DNA of 61,125 nt, filler included, from Basidioascus undulatus (lineage: Eukaryota), in assembly GCA_000826855.1 (NCBI GenBank). It is 5 parts of 5 records of this genome, joined end to end, with 100 filler letters (N's around TTAATTAATTAA, not from the genome) between each part and the next. Parts side by side here need not be neighbours in the genome. Positions count along the whole stretch, not along the records: positions 36,759 to 48,899 come from JTLS01000943.1; positions 49,000 to 61,125 come from JTLS01000946.1; 3 more parts are not named here. One strand, given 5' to 3'. The position numbers were made by a program, and so were the translations under genes. The notes below the pieces were generated by a model. That model was not told the DNA's origin and searched no databases. It saw only the letters and a list, made by a program, of their open reading frames with translations. Each line of letters begins with the position of its first letter. The stretch's first letter is position 1. Below are positions 36,769 through 51,758 of the stretch, in pieces.

Positions 36769-38487
36769 AGAGCTTCGCGACGCAGAGGTCGCCTTGCGGG
36801 GAGGGCGTGAGCAGGTAGTTCTCGGTATTCTGGTGGGGCGGGAGGAAGAGGAGGCTGTGAGATACGGTTTCGCGGGTGGGGACGCGGGGAGGCGGCGCGT
36901 GTGGATGGGAATGGGAATGGGGATGTGGATGTGAGGCGCGACAGGAGGGATGCGGACGAGATGGGAAGGCAGAAGGCGAGGACGCCCCGAGATGCTGCGC
37001 CGCATGCCCGCGTGCCGCATGGCCGTCCTCCGTTCCTCCGCCAGGCCAGCCCCTGAGACTGTCCGCCTCGCCGGCCGCCAACGCACACCGCACCCCCGCC
37101 GGATCAGACTCACATAATTGGTATGCAAATAGGAGTAAAGGACGTTCGATGGCTGCCCTGCTCGCGTGCAAGCCATCCGGTCAGTCGGTCTGGCGCTGAA
37201 AGGAACGCGGAAGACAGGCGCGGGGAGGGCGCACCGTGCGGGGTGACGATGAGCGTGGGCAAGTGGTTGGGTATCGGAGCGTGGTTGGGACTAGTGAATA
37301 CTGTCCCCATCATCCACGCATTCAGCTGGTATTCTTTTTGTGTAGCAAAGCCACGGAAGACGAACCGGTGTACACAGCTGTTTTGGCAGCAGCCCCCCTC
37401 GATCACAATCAGCCTCCCATCCTCGCTCTCTCTCTTTCCCAGCGTGTCCCCCGCACACGTACCCGCCATGGGGTATATGTGAATATCGATGCAGAACGAG
37501 CGTAAGGAATCGAAAACGAAAGAGTAGCAGTTGATCGAGTAGTGTGAGCGCGAAGGGGGGGCGAGGGCGAGGGCGAGGGCGAGGGCGAGTAAGGCAGCCT
37601 TAACTAGAGTGTCGGAGAACAACGTTGTTCAATGAAACGCGGGATGGCTTGCCGTGACAGTGAGACACGGCCTCGTGAGCGTTTCGGCGTTAGTGAACTC
37701 TGTTATGATTTCGTGAACCATTCACGAAAGGGCGTTGTATACTGCGTTTCTGTTTTCGAAGACCACTGCGCAAAGGGCACCACAAAGACAAAGAAAGAAC
37801 ACAGTCACTGCAAGGCACAAGTTAATCAGGCTTGAAATAAGAAAAGGAAGCGGCGGCGTCCTTCCGGGGTCGACCTCCTCGCAGGAGTGTCTGCGCATCG
37901 ATCCGACGATCTTCGATACTTCAACCGTAGCTACGAATTCACATCTATGCTGATATTTCGACAAGATGCCTCAAGAGATCCCCTCAAGGTCGCTTGCGGA
38001 GGTGCCGCGGCCACCATCAGAGTCCATTCTTCTATCGACACTCGCATCAATGCACATCAATGCACATTCTCCCAGAATCCTGCACCCTCTCAACGCCAGC
38101 GTCCGCTTCTCACGTTCCCCGCCTTCCACGGCCAGAACGTTTCTCTCCTTTGCAGCGGCCGTGGACCCGAAAATACTATACTCTTGGTTGCATCTGTCCA
38201 AAATTGGCGGAGGTTGCGTGCGACAGCTCCGCGGGGCCGGACAGCGCTGACAAGAAGCCCCATCGCCCATCGATGACCTCACAAGCGTGCAACTCGCGTC
38301 CTATTGACACCCCCGCCTCCCTCACCTTTGCCAACTGTCTTCTCCCCTCCAGCCCTGCCTTTCACCCTCCAGCATATAAAGAGGCACCTTTCCTCGCAGC
38401 AGACGATCCCCATCCAATCCACCCATCCCCCCCTCATAGACACAACACACCCACTTCCCCTCCTACTATTTCTCTTATCGCTTCGAC

Positions 38488-41375
<2,888 letters not shown>

Positions 41376-41819
41376 GCTGATATTCACATAGACTGTCCTG
41401 TTTCGTTTCGTTCTTGCATGCCTTCGATAATCTCCGAAGTATAGTTCTCGTAGCACAGCAAAGCAATCGCATCTATTCCTGCTTCTTTATAACATTGCAG
41501 TTGCTAAGCCCATGGCTGAGTACCAGCCCTCCATGCCTAGGTACGGCCTCTTAACAACCACACTCTCCAGAAGCAGGATATTGTCTGTCTGAGCAATGCG
41601 ACGGCGAGCAAACGTCGACTCAGTACGCGCCTCAGGCCACCGCTCCTGCTTCCTTACGGTACATTATTACGACCTGCACCGCTAGTATGAAGCTCATTCA
41701 GTCGTTTTAGGGCTGCGCCAATTTCAAAAAAACCAAGAAGGCACAAATGCATTGAAAGCAGGCCCAAGAGGAGGACCGACGCCAGAGAGGACCACCCAAC
41801 CAAGAAACTCGACGAGCAT

Positions 41820-43348
41820 TCATTCCCAAGCGGCCGAGACACAGCCGTGTATAGCGCTGATGACCTTGCTGGGGGCGTCCTCGCCCGCACCCGCAGCGAC
41901 GTACAGCGGCACGAAGTGATCTGGATGAGGGTGCGCCGCGCGATATGCGGGGTGCGAAGTGAGCGCGAGGAGGGCTTTCGAGCGGATTTGCGGCTGTAAT
42001 CATACAATCCCCGCTCGTTAGCGAGTGAATATGTTGCTGAGGAAATTTGGGGATAAAGACGGACGTCGGAAATGGAGATGGCGTCCCGGATGGCGCCTTC
42101 GAACTGGAACAGCTCGCCAGGGCAGGTGCACGGGTTAAAGAAGTCGAAGCGGCGGAGGTTGTGGATCGTCAACCCGCCGGAGACTAGCAAGATACCCTCG
42201 TCGCTACATGCTCATTTCAGCATCTTTCCCAGGATGAACGGACATGGCACGCTCACGCTCACCGAAGAGGCGCGAGTGCCTGGCCGAGCTTGATCTCGTC
42301 CTGGGGACTCAGCGAGCCGAACATGGATCTGTTAAAAGCGTGATGTCGTCGAGTTCAGCGTTTCTGATGAGCTTAGCGGAAGAGAGCGAGGCTGGCTACG
42401 GACACTTCGATGATGGGGATGTCGAGTGGCTTGCCGCCGACTTCGTTGGCAGGAAAGGCGATACGGAACGGAATAAATACACCGTGGTCAAGCCTGGTGG
42501 GTAAGAAGAAGAAGAAAGAGATGAAGCATCTGGTCAGCGACTTCATCTTGGAAAGCATACAGCGCCTGTCAGCATACCCCCGAGTGGTGTTCGGACGGGA
42601 TGAGATTCCGGCCTGACAGAGGTGAAAACGTAATATGATGAGTTGGCATGCAGAATTCAAAGTCTGGTAGAATGTGGTTTACGAGGACATACCTTGGCCA
42701 GCAAGTCCATTACGTGCTGCGCAAGCGCTGGATCGCCGACACTGTTATGGGTGATCTCGTACATCTGGGGCAGAACAACGTCAGCAGTGTCGTCCAGTCG
42801 TCACATTAAATAAGTCAGTATGTACCTCGGGGGGAAAGCCGTAGTAATCATAAAGACTACAGAAGGGTGAGTGAGCGCGCTCAGTGAGGGAGATGCCCAG
42901 AAAGCTCCTCACATCTCGTTTGGCCCGTCGCGGCGAGTGACTAGTATAGTTTTGAGTACGTTGTGCAGATCAGTCAGGGTTAGTATGTGAGAAACTTACC
43001 TTCAATCCCGTTAGGCGTGTCCCAGTGCGCCGAAATGACGACAATAGCCTTCGGGTTGTAGCGCTCCCTCACGAACTTCCCCCAGTAGTCGAGAAAGCGA
43101 GCGAGCGCGCCGCGCGGCCCGCTAATCTCGCCCATCCGCGCTTCTACGTCGTCGGTGTCGCCTTGCCACTGAAGCATAGGGCTGCCATGCGCGATGAAGA
43201 ATACCGGGATGCGACCGCCGCCAGGAGGGAGCGACTGCAGCGCGGCTTCCCAGTGCGCGTCCTTTCCGAGAAGGGTCGGGGTGAGTTCCGGTTTCGAAAC
43301 GGAGGATGACTGAGTGCGTGCGAGGAGCTGCTGAAGCAGAGAGGACAT
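41820..43348 (-). CDS. LigB-family (class III) extradiol ring-cleavage dioxygenase, 4,5-DOPA dioxygenase-like
   Basis: PVFFIAHGSP; KAIVVISAHW; DYYGFP; LDHGVFIPF; DIPIIEVS; SGGLTIHNL; AHPHPDHFVPLYVAAGA. The metal-binding His motifs of LigB/DODA are present. Confidence 0.92.
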
Positions 43349-44872
43349 GGCGGGACGGGCGAGGGAACGCGATCGAGGGTGTGGACGTGAAGGCGTGAAC
43401 GTGGAGAAGGTCAAGGTCACGGAGCGAGTTAGCCGGCTCGAGGGTGGGTGATACGCGAGGTTGAGCAAACTCGATGAGCGGACGAGTGCTTTCGGTGAGC
43501 AGTTGGTGGGAAAGAGATGAAGTTGCATGGAAGAAAGGCATCCCTGACGGTGTGCTGCTGTTGAAGCAGCCTCGAGGTGTAAGTCAGCCCTCTGGCTGGC
43601 AACGTCAGCATGTACACGTGAGCGGCTGGGTGCCTATCTTTTAAAGTTTGATGTCGTCAAGACTTGCACATCTGTTCTTCCTTTCCTCACGTCCCAAGCA
43701 TCTCGCTATTGATTGTGTTATCTCCTAGAATAATCTCGGCATTCATACCTGCCATGCCCTCCAGCAACCCCGGCGACGTCGACCCCACATCCACCGTGCT
43801 TACGCCGGACTCGCTGCTCCAGCACCCGCACTGAAACGTGCAGACTGTCTGCCATGTCACCTACGCTCAGTCAATCTCGACCCGAGGTTGCACACGAACC
43901 ACCCACTGGAGGACCCCTCTTCAACTCAGCGCTTACCTCGCGTACAGGGATGCAGGTGGGAGGGCGTGGGACCATGGCTCCCCCGCGAGTATGACAGGGC
44001 TCCCAACAAGGCCTCGTTCTACCCTCTTCGCAAGTTCGACAACCCCTTGCGCTGGTCCTTGGCGGAGCCGGGGCTATGCATTGTACGAGGAGAAAAATCA
44101 CGGAGCGTTTGAACGGATCAAGGGCGCTGGCAAGGGCGATTCGGCAACCGTTGCGGGGTTGGACACTGGGATTAGAGGGAAGGGTGGGCTGCCTGGGGCG
44201 GGGGTTGGTGTTTATTGGCCTCGGTACGTAATGGCATCAGAGTTGGAAATGTTATATCTGAACGCTCCTCAATACTTCCATGTCTGGTATCGGCTGGACT
44301 CTTCCGATTGCTGGCCAAGAACCCTTGAAGGCATTGCGCATCCGCCGTCGCAGCTTTTTGGTCACCGGCTTTCGGGTTCTCTTGTGGATATTTCAGTGAC
44401 CTACAAACGTTATGTATCTTGAAGGCGGCGCTTGGATATTATTCGTGTTGATTTCTGAAGGCAGCGTCCACTCGATACACCCAGCTGGATTCACCGTGCC
44501 CTCTTCTACACGGGTGTAGCAAATTCACAGTGCACCAACAGGTATAAAGCATGCGTGATAAAGCTGAGGATTTCAAGTGAAATTTGTCTTTCTTGCATCA
44601 ATACGAGGCTGACGGCAATGCATGCACGGTGTAGACTGAAATGCCACTGTGCGCCCCAGTCTTCCGAGGCCTCATTGTGGTCACCTGTTGCCGTTCCCAG
44701 GGCTGTCTTCGTTGGACATGACCCCTTAAAGATTTCCGGTTCACGATTTTTCTGCAAACGATAATTTACTAAGATGTAGTGCAGGTATACGTTGTATGCG
44801 GGTATCGTCGTTGCTGCATCAACCCTAATCAGTCTCCCCAGTGTCCATGCTCCTCTCTCGAGCCTCCCACCC

Positions 44873-45150
44873 TCAGGACTTGTCCTTAATGGGGACGTCC
44901 TTGCCGGTAAATTTCTTGAGGAGGCTGCGAACGCCGTCGGAGATCTTCTCGGTGGTTTGCGCGTCCTGTAACACGTCAGACGCACTGGATTAGTACCCTT
45001 TCATGAGGACAGATCGTTCAAGTGTGTTCCATGACTTACCGTGGTATGGCCGAGCTTCTTGGTCAGCATTGAGATACCCTTGTCGAGCGCGTCTTGTTGC
45101 GGCGCAGCGGGAGTCTGAGCGGCGGGGACAGTGGCGGCGGGGGCGGACAT
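44873..45150 (-). CDS. Small (67 aa) hydrophilic hypothetical protein; exons 45040-45150 and 44873-44965
   Basis: MSAPAATVPAAQTPAAPQQDALDKGISMLTKKLGHTT/DAQTTEKISDGVRSLLKKFTGKDVPIKDKS* with an in-phase GTAAGT...CTGAC...CAG intron and an upstream TATAAAA-like site (about 45245-45251). Confidence 0.7.
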
Positions 45151-45972
45151 TACGGATAGGGCTAGCTGAGCGGTCAAGGTGCAAGATGAGGGGTGGATGG
45201 GTTTGTAGATGACGGAATTTGGGAAGTCCACTGGGCAATCGAGCTTTTATAGGAGACCCAGCGCCGTCAGCAAGATGCAGGAAGACTGGTCGGAGGTAAA
45301 CCGAGGAGGCGCTGTAATATCGAAGCCAGGCCCGCCTGGCTTCGCCCTGCCTCGCAACTGCCTCGCCTCTCGCCTCAGTCTCGGCACCTACGCTATCAAA
45401 ATTAACCTGATTCCCTAGACTTTTAGGGGAACCTATTTTACCGTTTGAAAGTGTTCCTGCCAAGGTGAACTTCTTTTAAGATGGATCTTCCAGCAATGTG
45501 CCCGTCGCACGCGGCTGTGCGTAGACACTGGGATGCCTGTCGCTGTTTGATTCCTGACACAATCAACCAAGTTAAGCCGCTTGTTGTGAATGACCATAAA
45601 CATATAGGCAGGTAGTGAGATGCGATAAAGGATAACTTGCTACGATCTGTTGCAGCGCTTTTGATTGAGTCTCGCGGTGTATTAACGTTCCGTTGGACCT
45701 GGTGAGCTCGGTCGTTCAATATCCGTCAGCGGTCTCGTCGGGTTCGCAAAGTGGTATGCATACCTTTTCGCGTTTGGTATCACCTTTAGCTACTCAAGTG
45801 CATCAAGGGGAGGGAAGTGTTGTTGAGAAAGGCGATAAGGGTAACGCTTTTCCCGCGCTTGCTGTCCGGCCGGCATCGCTCCAGCTGCCGATCGTCGCAC
45901 CTTGCCTTCCTCCTCTCGACATCCATACTTCAATCTTATCGATTCACCCTCATCTTCCTAATCACAATACCA

Positions 45973-48024
45973 ATGCATCCCACTGACCCACCAAATGCTC
46001 GTTCGAGGCTATCGTACCTCCCTTCATGCTTCAGCATCTTGCTCAATTCGTTTCGTCATTCTCGCATCGTCTCCCGCCGTCATTCCAGCTCCTGCCTGTG
46101 GGCTGACCGTTTCGCTGTAGACTCACGGCTGGCGCGATTTTTTGTTTTCCACTCATTGGACCTGGGCTTCAGCGGGACTTCTCATTGTCAGTGCTTCTGG
46201 AATACCGACGTCGCCCAGTGCCGTGGAGTGGTACTGACAACGGCTGAGCAGGGCCACACGGGAGCTCAACTCGATCGCCGTCGGGTAGGCACATTCACTC
46301 GAAAGATCCATTTCGTCTTATTGAGGCTTAGTCTGTCTGTTAGAGGGACTCTAGGCCAATATGCGACTGCAGTGATATTCGGCAAACTCTGTGATAAGCG
46401 CGGACCCCAAATGTTCGTGTCTTCGACTCTGCCTCGGATGTCCGCCGCTGATCTATCACCTCCAGCGTCTCCTTCTTAGCCTCGATCTTGTTTTTCTGCG
46501 GCTACTTCATCTTCTCCGCTGCGATCCAGCCCGAGTCCTGGATCTTCGGCAGCCCGCATATATACGCTCACCTGACTGCGCTGTACTTCGTTTGCGGCAT
46601 GGGCACCGCCGCCTCGTGAGTGCGGCGGATCGTAGATTGATGGGTTACCCAGGGCTGAACGGGCTTCGTCTTCAGCTATTTCTCCGCTGTGTCCTGCTCC
46701 TCAAAGACCTTCCCCAATCATCCGGGGCTGGCGATCAGCTTGCCGACGAGCTTCTTCGGTGCGCTGATTTCCCACCCTGAGACTCACGCCGTTATCCTAA
46801 CAATGCAGATTGATGTCCCCCAATGCGCCAGGCCTCTCCTCCCTCTTCCTGTCTACCATCGCCTCCAACTTCTTCATCGTCCCCTCCTCCTCCGGGTCCG
46901 GCGGCGAGATCAACACTCCCTCCTTCCTCCGCTTCCTCGCCTTCTTCCTAGCCGCCGTGAACATTATCGGCGCACTCGGTCTGCGCGTATACACCGCGGC
47001 CGACCATTTTCCCACCGAGCCGAACGATGACCAGGCCGAGCCGTCCGAGCGCACTCCGCTCGTTCGCACGCGCACGATGGCGAGCGCCACCCCGCCGCGG
47101 TACCCGCCTGCGTTCGGCCAGTCGAGGCCGCTTAGCGTGCTCCTGTGGGACGGCGGGCTGTGGGCCCTCATGCTGGTGGTCTTCGTGACCGGCGGATCGG
47201 TACGTCCAGTTTGCACATGCTCTCATCAACGTGGTTGACCCTGTTTCGCTTCGCAGGGCGAAATGGTCATTGCCTGCCTGGGCTCCATCGCATCCTCGCT
47301 CCTCCACTCCACAATCACCGGCCTCCCCGCGGCCCTCTCCGCCTCTGCCGACCCCGCACTGTCCATCAGCTCTCGCCAAGTGCAGCTCCTCGCCCTATCC
47401 AACACGTCTGCGCGCCTCCTCTTCGGCTTCCTGAGCGACTTCCTCGCGGTGAAGCCCGCCTCCACAGCAGACGACAACGACGATTCGGACGACGACGAAT
47501 CCCCCAAAGCCCGCTTCCGCGTCTCGCGCCTCACGTTCCTCCTCATCGCCACGCTGCTGTCTACCGTCGCGTTCGCCTGGGCGTCGTTCAAGCTGTCCAG
47601 CGTCCACTCCCTCTGGATCGTCAGCGTGGGTACCGGCCTCGGCTACGGGGGGCTCTTCAGTCTCGCGCCCGCGGTCTGCGCGCAGGTCTGGTCCGTCGAA
47701 GACTTTGGGCGGAACTTCGTACGTCCTCCCATCCTCCCTCCTCAACTTCCCACGTTCTTCGCTTATGCGCTTCGCGTCGCTTATGCGCCTCGCTTTCAGG
47801 GCATCCTGGCCTGGGCCGCCGCGGCGGGAGCGACGGTTTTCACGATTCTGTACGGCGTGGTCGCGGACGCCGTGGCGTCCCAGCAGCCGTCGATCCCCGA
47901 AGGCCCGCGCCTCTGCTCCGGCAAGGTCTGTTTCACGCCGACCATGCTCGCGTGCTTCATCCTGAACGCAATGGCGTGCGTCGTCGTCTGCTGGCTCTGG
48001 CGGCGCTGGCGCGGCAAGCTGTAG
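45973..48024 (+). CDS. MCH1: MFS transporter, Mch1/nodulin-like
   Basis: Hydrophobic helices with FGKLCDKRGP, SKTFPNHPGLAISLPTSFFG, NTSARLLFGFLSDFL and GLGYGGLFSLAPAVCAQVWSVEDFGRNF/GIL, ending CSGKVCF. Confidence 0.8.
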
Positions 48025-48235
48025 GCTTCCATCTCTTTCGTTTCGCATCATGTTGATACCCTACATGCATGTGCGCACATGTACCTTACCCTGTCCAGAC
48101 GAGGAATAACTTGATTCAATTGACTGTGTTGTAGAGCTTTCGCCGCACAAAAGCGAGCCATTGGCATCCGATGTGCACTCATTGAAGCTCAAGTCTGTCA
48201 CATATGATGAGCCTTCAAAAATGATATGCATGCAT

Positions 48236-48899
48236 CTAGTTTTCGCGCGTAAGCTTTTCGGATTTTGCTTGGGCTGTTGCAGAAAGCGAGTCAGCGTCCA
48301 GTCTCTGCGCAGTTCAACGAAACAAACGTACTGTCCGCAATGATCTGCGCCCCTCCGCCGACCTCGCAAAGGGTGAGCGCCGCGCGGTCGCCCACGCGCG
48401 CGCCTCTGCAGACAATGCAGTTGTCGAGCTTGGCCCTGCCCCCACACACCATCGTCAGCCTCCCACTCATCAACCAGGCGAAACGAGATGAGTCGAACGA
48501 CTCACCCGTCGCAGATGACTGCGTCGTCCGCGATGACACAGCCGATGACCCGCGCGCCCTTGCCGAGGACGACGTTGCGGCCGATGACACTCTTTTTGAC
48601 CAGCACCTTCTCGCCCAGCTTCGTGCCGGCGCCGATGAGCGAGTCGGGCGCGGGGGCGCGCCCGCCGGGTGCCTGAGCGGAGACGGCTGGGCGTTGGGCA
48701 CGGAGGATCTGAGTGGGGTTCCGAACCGTTTAGTCTGAATGACGAAGTTGAGCAGGGAACGAACGCTCACCTCGCGGTTCATCTCGGCGTAGCCACCGAG
48801 CGTGTTGGCGCGCGCGAAGAAGCCGTCCTGTGCGCGGTGCACGAGCAGCGCGACACGGACGTCCCGCCGCGGGCCGAGGGGCGCGTACGGGTTCTCCGC
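48236..48899 (-). CDS. GCD1: Translation initiation factor eIF2B gamma subunit, 3' part (left-handed beta-helix)
   Basis: FFARANTLGGYAEMNRE/...DSLIGAGTKLGEKVLVKKSVIGRNVVLGKGARVIGCVIADDAVICDG/AKLDNCIVCRGARVGDRAALTLCEV hexapeptide repeats. Confidence 0.82.
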
Positions 48900-48999
48900 N
48901 NNNNNNNNNNNNNNNNNNNNNNNNNNNNNNNNNNNNNNNNNNNTTAATTAATTAANNNNNNNNNNNNNNNNNNNNNNNNNNNNNNNNNNNNNNNNNNNN
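48900..48999. other. Artificial contig-join spacer
   Basis: N44-TTAATTAATTAA-N44. Confidence 0.97.
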
Positions 49000-50747
49000 T
49001 GCCCCCGCCCCCACCGCGCCATACGCGGCTATGCACGGTCTGAAACCGCCTTCGTACCTCACTGTGCGTCCCCCCGTTCCCTCTGCGCCCTCCTTGCCTT
49101 CTCCCGTCCTTCGCCTTCTTTCCTCTTCTTCGCTATGCTCACCTATTGCGAGCGGAACAGGTGAACAACATCCCCTACATGCGCCTGGACGACCTCGGCA
49201 AGGGCGGCTCGTCGAAAGTGTACCGCGTCCTGTCGGCCTCGAACGAGCTCTTCGCGATCAAGAAGGTCCGCCTCGACAAGTGCGACGCCGAGACGGTCAC
49301 GGGCTACTTGAACGAGATCAGCCTCCTCCAGCGCCTGAGGGGGAACGACCGCATTATTAGGCTGTGGGACTGGGAGAGGCAGGGGAATAGGCATTTGTAT
49401 ATGGTGCGTTTGCGTGTGCTGGCAGGGAGGAAAGAGGGGATGGTGGGAGCTGATGTGTGTTGGTGTTGGTGTGGGTGTGGGTGGTGCGTGGGGGAACAGC
49501 GATTGGAGTGCGGGGAGATCGACTTTGCGCGGTTGTTGGCGGAGCAGCAGGGCAAGCGGCTCAACATGAACTTTGTGGGGCTGTACTGGGAGCAGGTGCG
49601 TCCTTCCCCTTCTTCTGCCCTTTTCTTTTTACAGCGACTCTCATGCACCGTAATAACTCCACCTGAATCGTCCGCCCGCAGATGCTCCGCGCCGTGCACG
49701 CGATCCACGAAGAAGCGATCGTCCACTCGGACCTCAAGCCCGCCAACTTTGTGCTCGTCAAGGGCTCGCTCAAGCTCATCGACTTTGGGATCGCAAAGGC
49801 GATCCCGAACGATACGACGAATATCCATCGCGAGAGCCAGGTGCGCTTGCCAGGGAGAGAGGGAGAGAGAGAGATGGAGTCGGCTGACGGTTGGGTGCGG
49901 GAATGGGGATTGGGATGGATGGACAGGTCGGCACGATCAATTATATGAGCCCGGAGGCGATCACGAATCCTTCTTCGGCGCTGAGCGGGAAGCGGGGGCT
50001 GAAGGTCTGTTGCGCTTTTCCCATATCTTAAAGAGCAAGGGACAAGAAACTGACGCTCGCTCCGCTCGCCGCAGTTCGGCCGCCCCTCGGACGTCTGGTC
50101 CCTCGGCTGCATCCTCTACCAGATGATCTACTCGCACCCGCCCTTCTACCACTACCAGAACCTGCACAAGAAGCTGTCCGTCATCCCCGACCCGTCCGTG
50201 CCCATCGACTTCCCCGAGTTCTCCGTCCCCGTCACCGCCCCCCCGCGCGGCGCGCCCCCCACCGCGGGCGGGCCGCTCGAGCCCGTGCGCCACGAGGACC
50301 TCAAGGTCCGCGTCGGCGAGGACGTGCTCCGCACCATGCGCAGCTGTCTGCAGCGCGATGCGAAGCGGCGCATGACGATTCCGGAGCTGTTGGATGAGGA
50401 CCCATTCTTGCAGCCGTGGAAGAAGGAGCGAGGTGCGTTTGCGGAGAGGACGGGAGAGGAGAACGTGGGCAGGGACTGATGTGGGGTAGGGGGGGGAGGA
50501 TCAGGCATGTCGGCCGACGCGCTTGGGATCACGCAGGGCCAGATGCACATGCTTGTCAAGCAGGTCATGCAGTTTGGCAAGGCCCAGGCGAGCGCGTCGG
50601 GCTCGATCAGCAAGGAGCTGATCCACTCTGTCACGCAGGTGCGTTGCCCCCTCCCCTCCGTTCCCCTTCCTTTGCTCCGTCTGACGTCTCGTGCACGCTC
50701 CCGCTCCGCAGAGCCTCTGGAAAGAGCTCGGCAACGCCCAGTCATGA
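49000..50747 (+). CDS. MPS1: MPS1/TTK spindle-checkpoint kinase, kinase domain and C-terminus (5' truncated)
   Basis: [90 protein letters not shown]. Confidence 0.95.
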
Positions 50748-51758
50748 CGCTCCCTCTTCCGTCTTCCGTCTTCCCCTTCCCCTTTCGTACTCGGTTCATT
50801 TGGATACCGCCTTTCGATTTTCCCCTCTTCCCATTTCGCATCATCTCCTTGCTAGGACTTTACCAGGTGTCTACCCCTTCATGCCCCGCCACGACAACGA
50901 CCACGATCACTACCACCCGTATTTCTTTTATCTTGCTTTGCATGCTCTCCGTGGGTTCTTCCTAGTATGGCTACCGCGCCTTGTATACCATCTATTGGCC
51001 GCTGGCGCATCGCTTGCTTTACCTACTGCTCGAACGCGCGGAGTGCTGAGTGACTTCGCTGTTGTCTAAACATCGCCAAATTCGCTTCTCGCACAAAAGA
51101 CCGATGGCAGCGCTTGAGTACAAACCTCAATGTGACGCCAGACAGCGCGACAGCACCTCCATCCCGCCATGCATTCAGCTTGATTCAGCTTTCGTCGCTT
51201 CACGTAGCCACTGTCCGCTTTACTTTCATCGTTAGCGTACAAAAGCGTTTTCTTCCTTTATCTTCGCTTGGAGTACTCTTGAGTACTCCCTTAGAAGCGC
51301 GGAGGGTTATTTAGCTGCCACAGCCGGAGCGCATGCCGCCAGTCTCCTCTTTGCCGTGCCGCTCTTATCACATCTGCTGCCAGCACGCCTCGAGATGCCC
51401 CATCAAGAATTGTCGATCAATTCTGACACGAAGGACCTTCGCATCATGATATGCCTCGATAGAAAAAGCCACCACCTGGGGGCGCGTGCCGGACTAATAG
51501 CGATCGCGGCCGCGCTTGCTTTTAATGATGGACGATCGCTCAACCGGATCCGCGCTTCCTCCTCGAGCTCCCTTTTAACACCCACATCCACTTTCTCCTT
51601 CTCTGGTTCTTCCTACCGTCTGCGACGCTTTCCCCATTCCACCAGACGCTGGCCGTCACTACCGCTTCACACTTTTGACACATTCTCATTCGCCCCGGTT
51701 GCTCTTTTCACACTTTTCACGCTTCGTCCACTTCTTCAGCCAACTCCGACGCGGTAAC

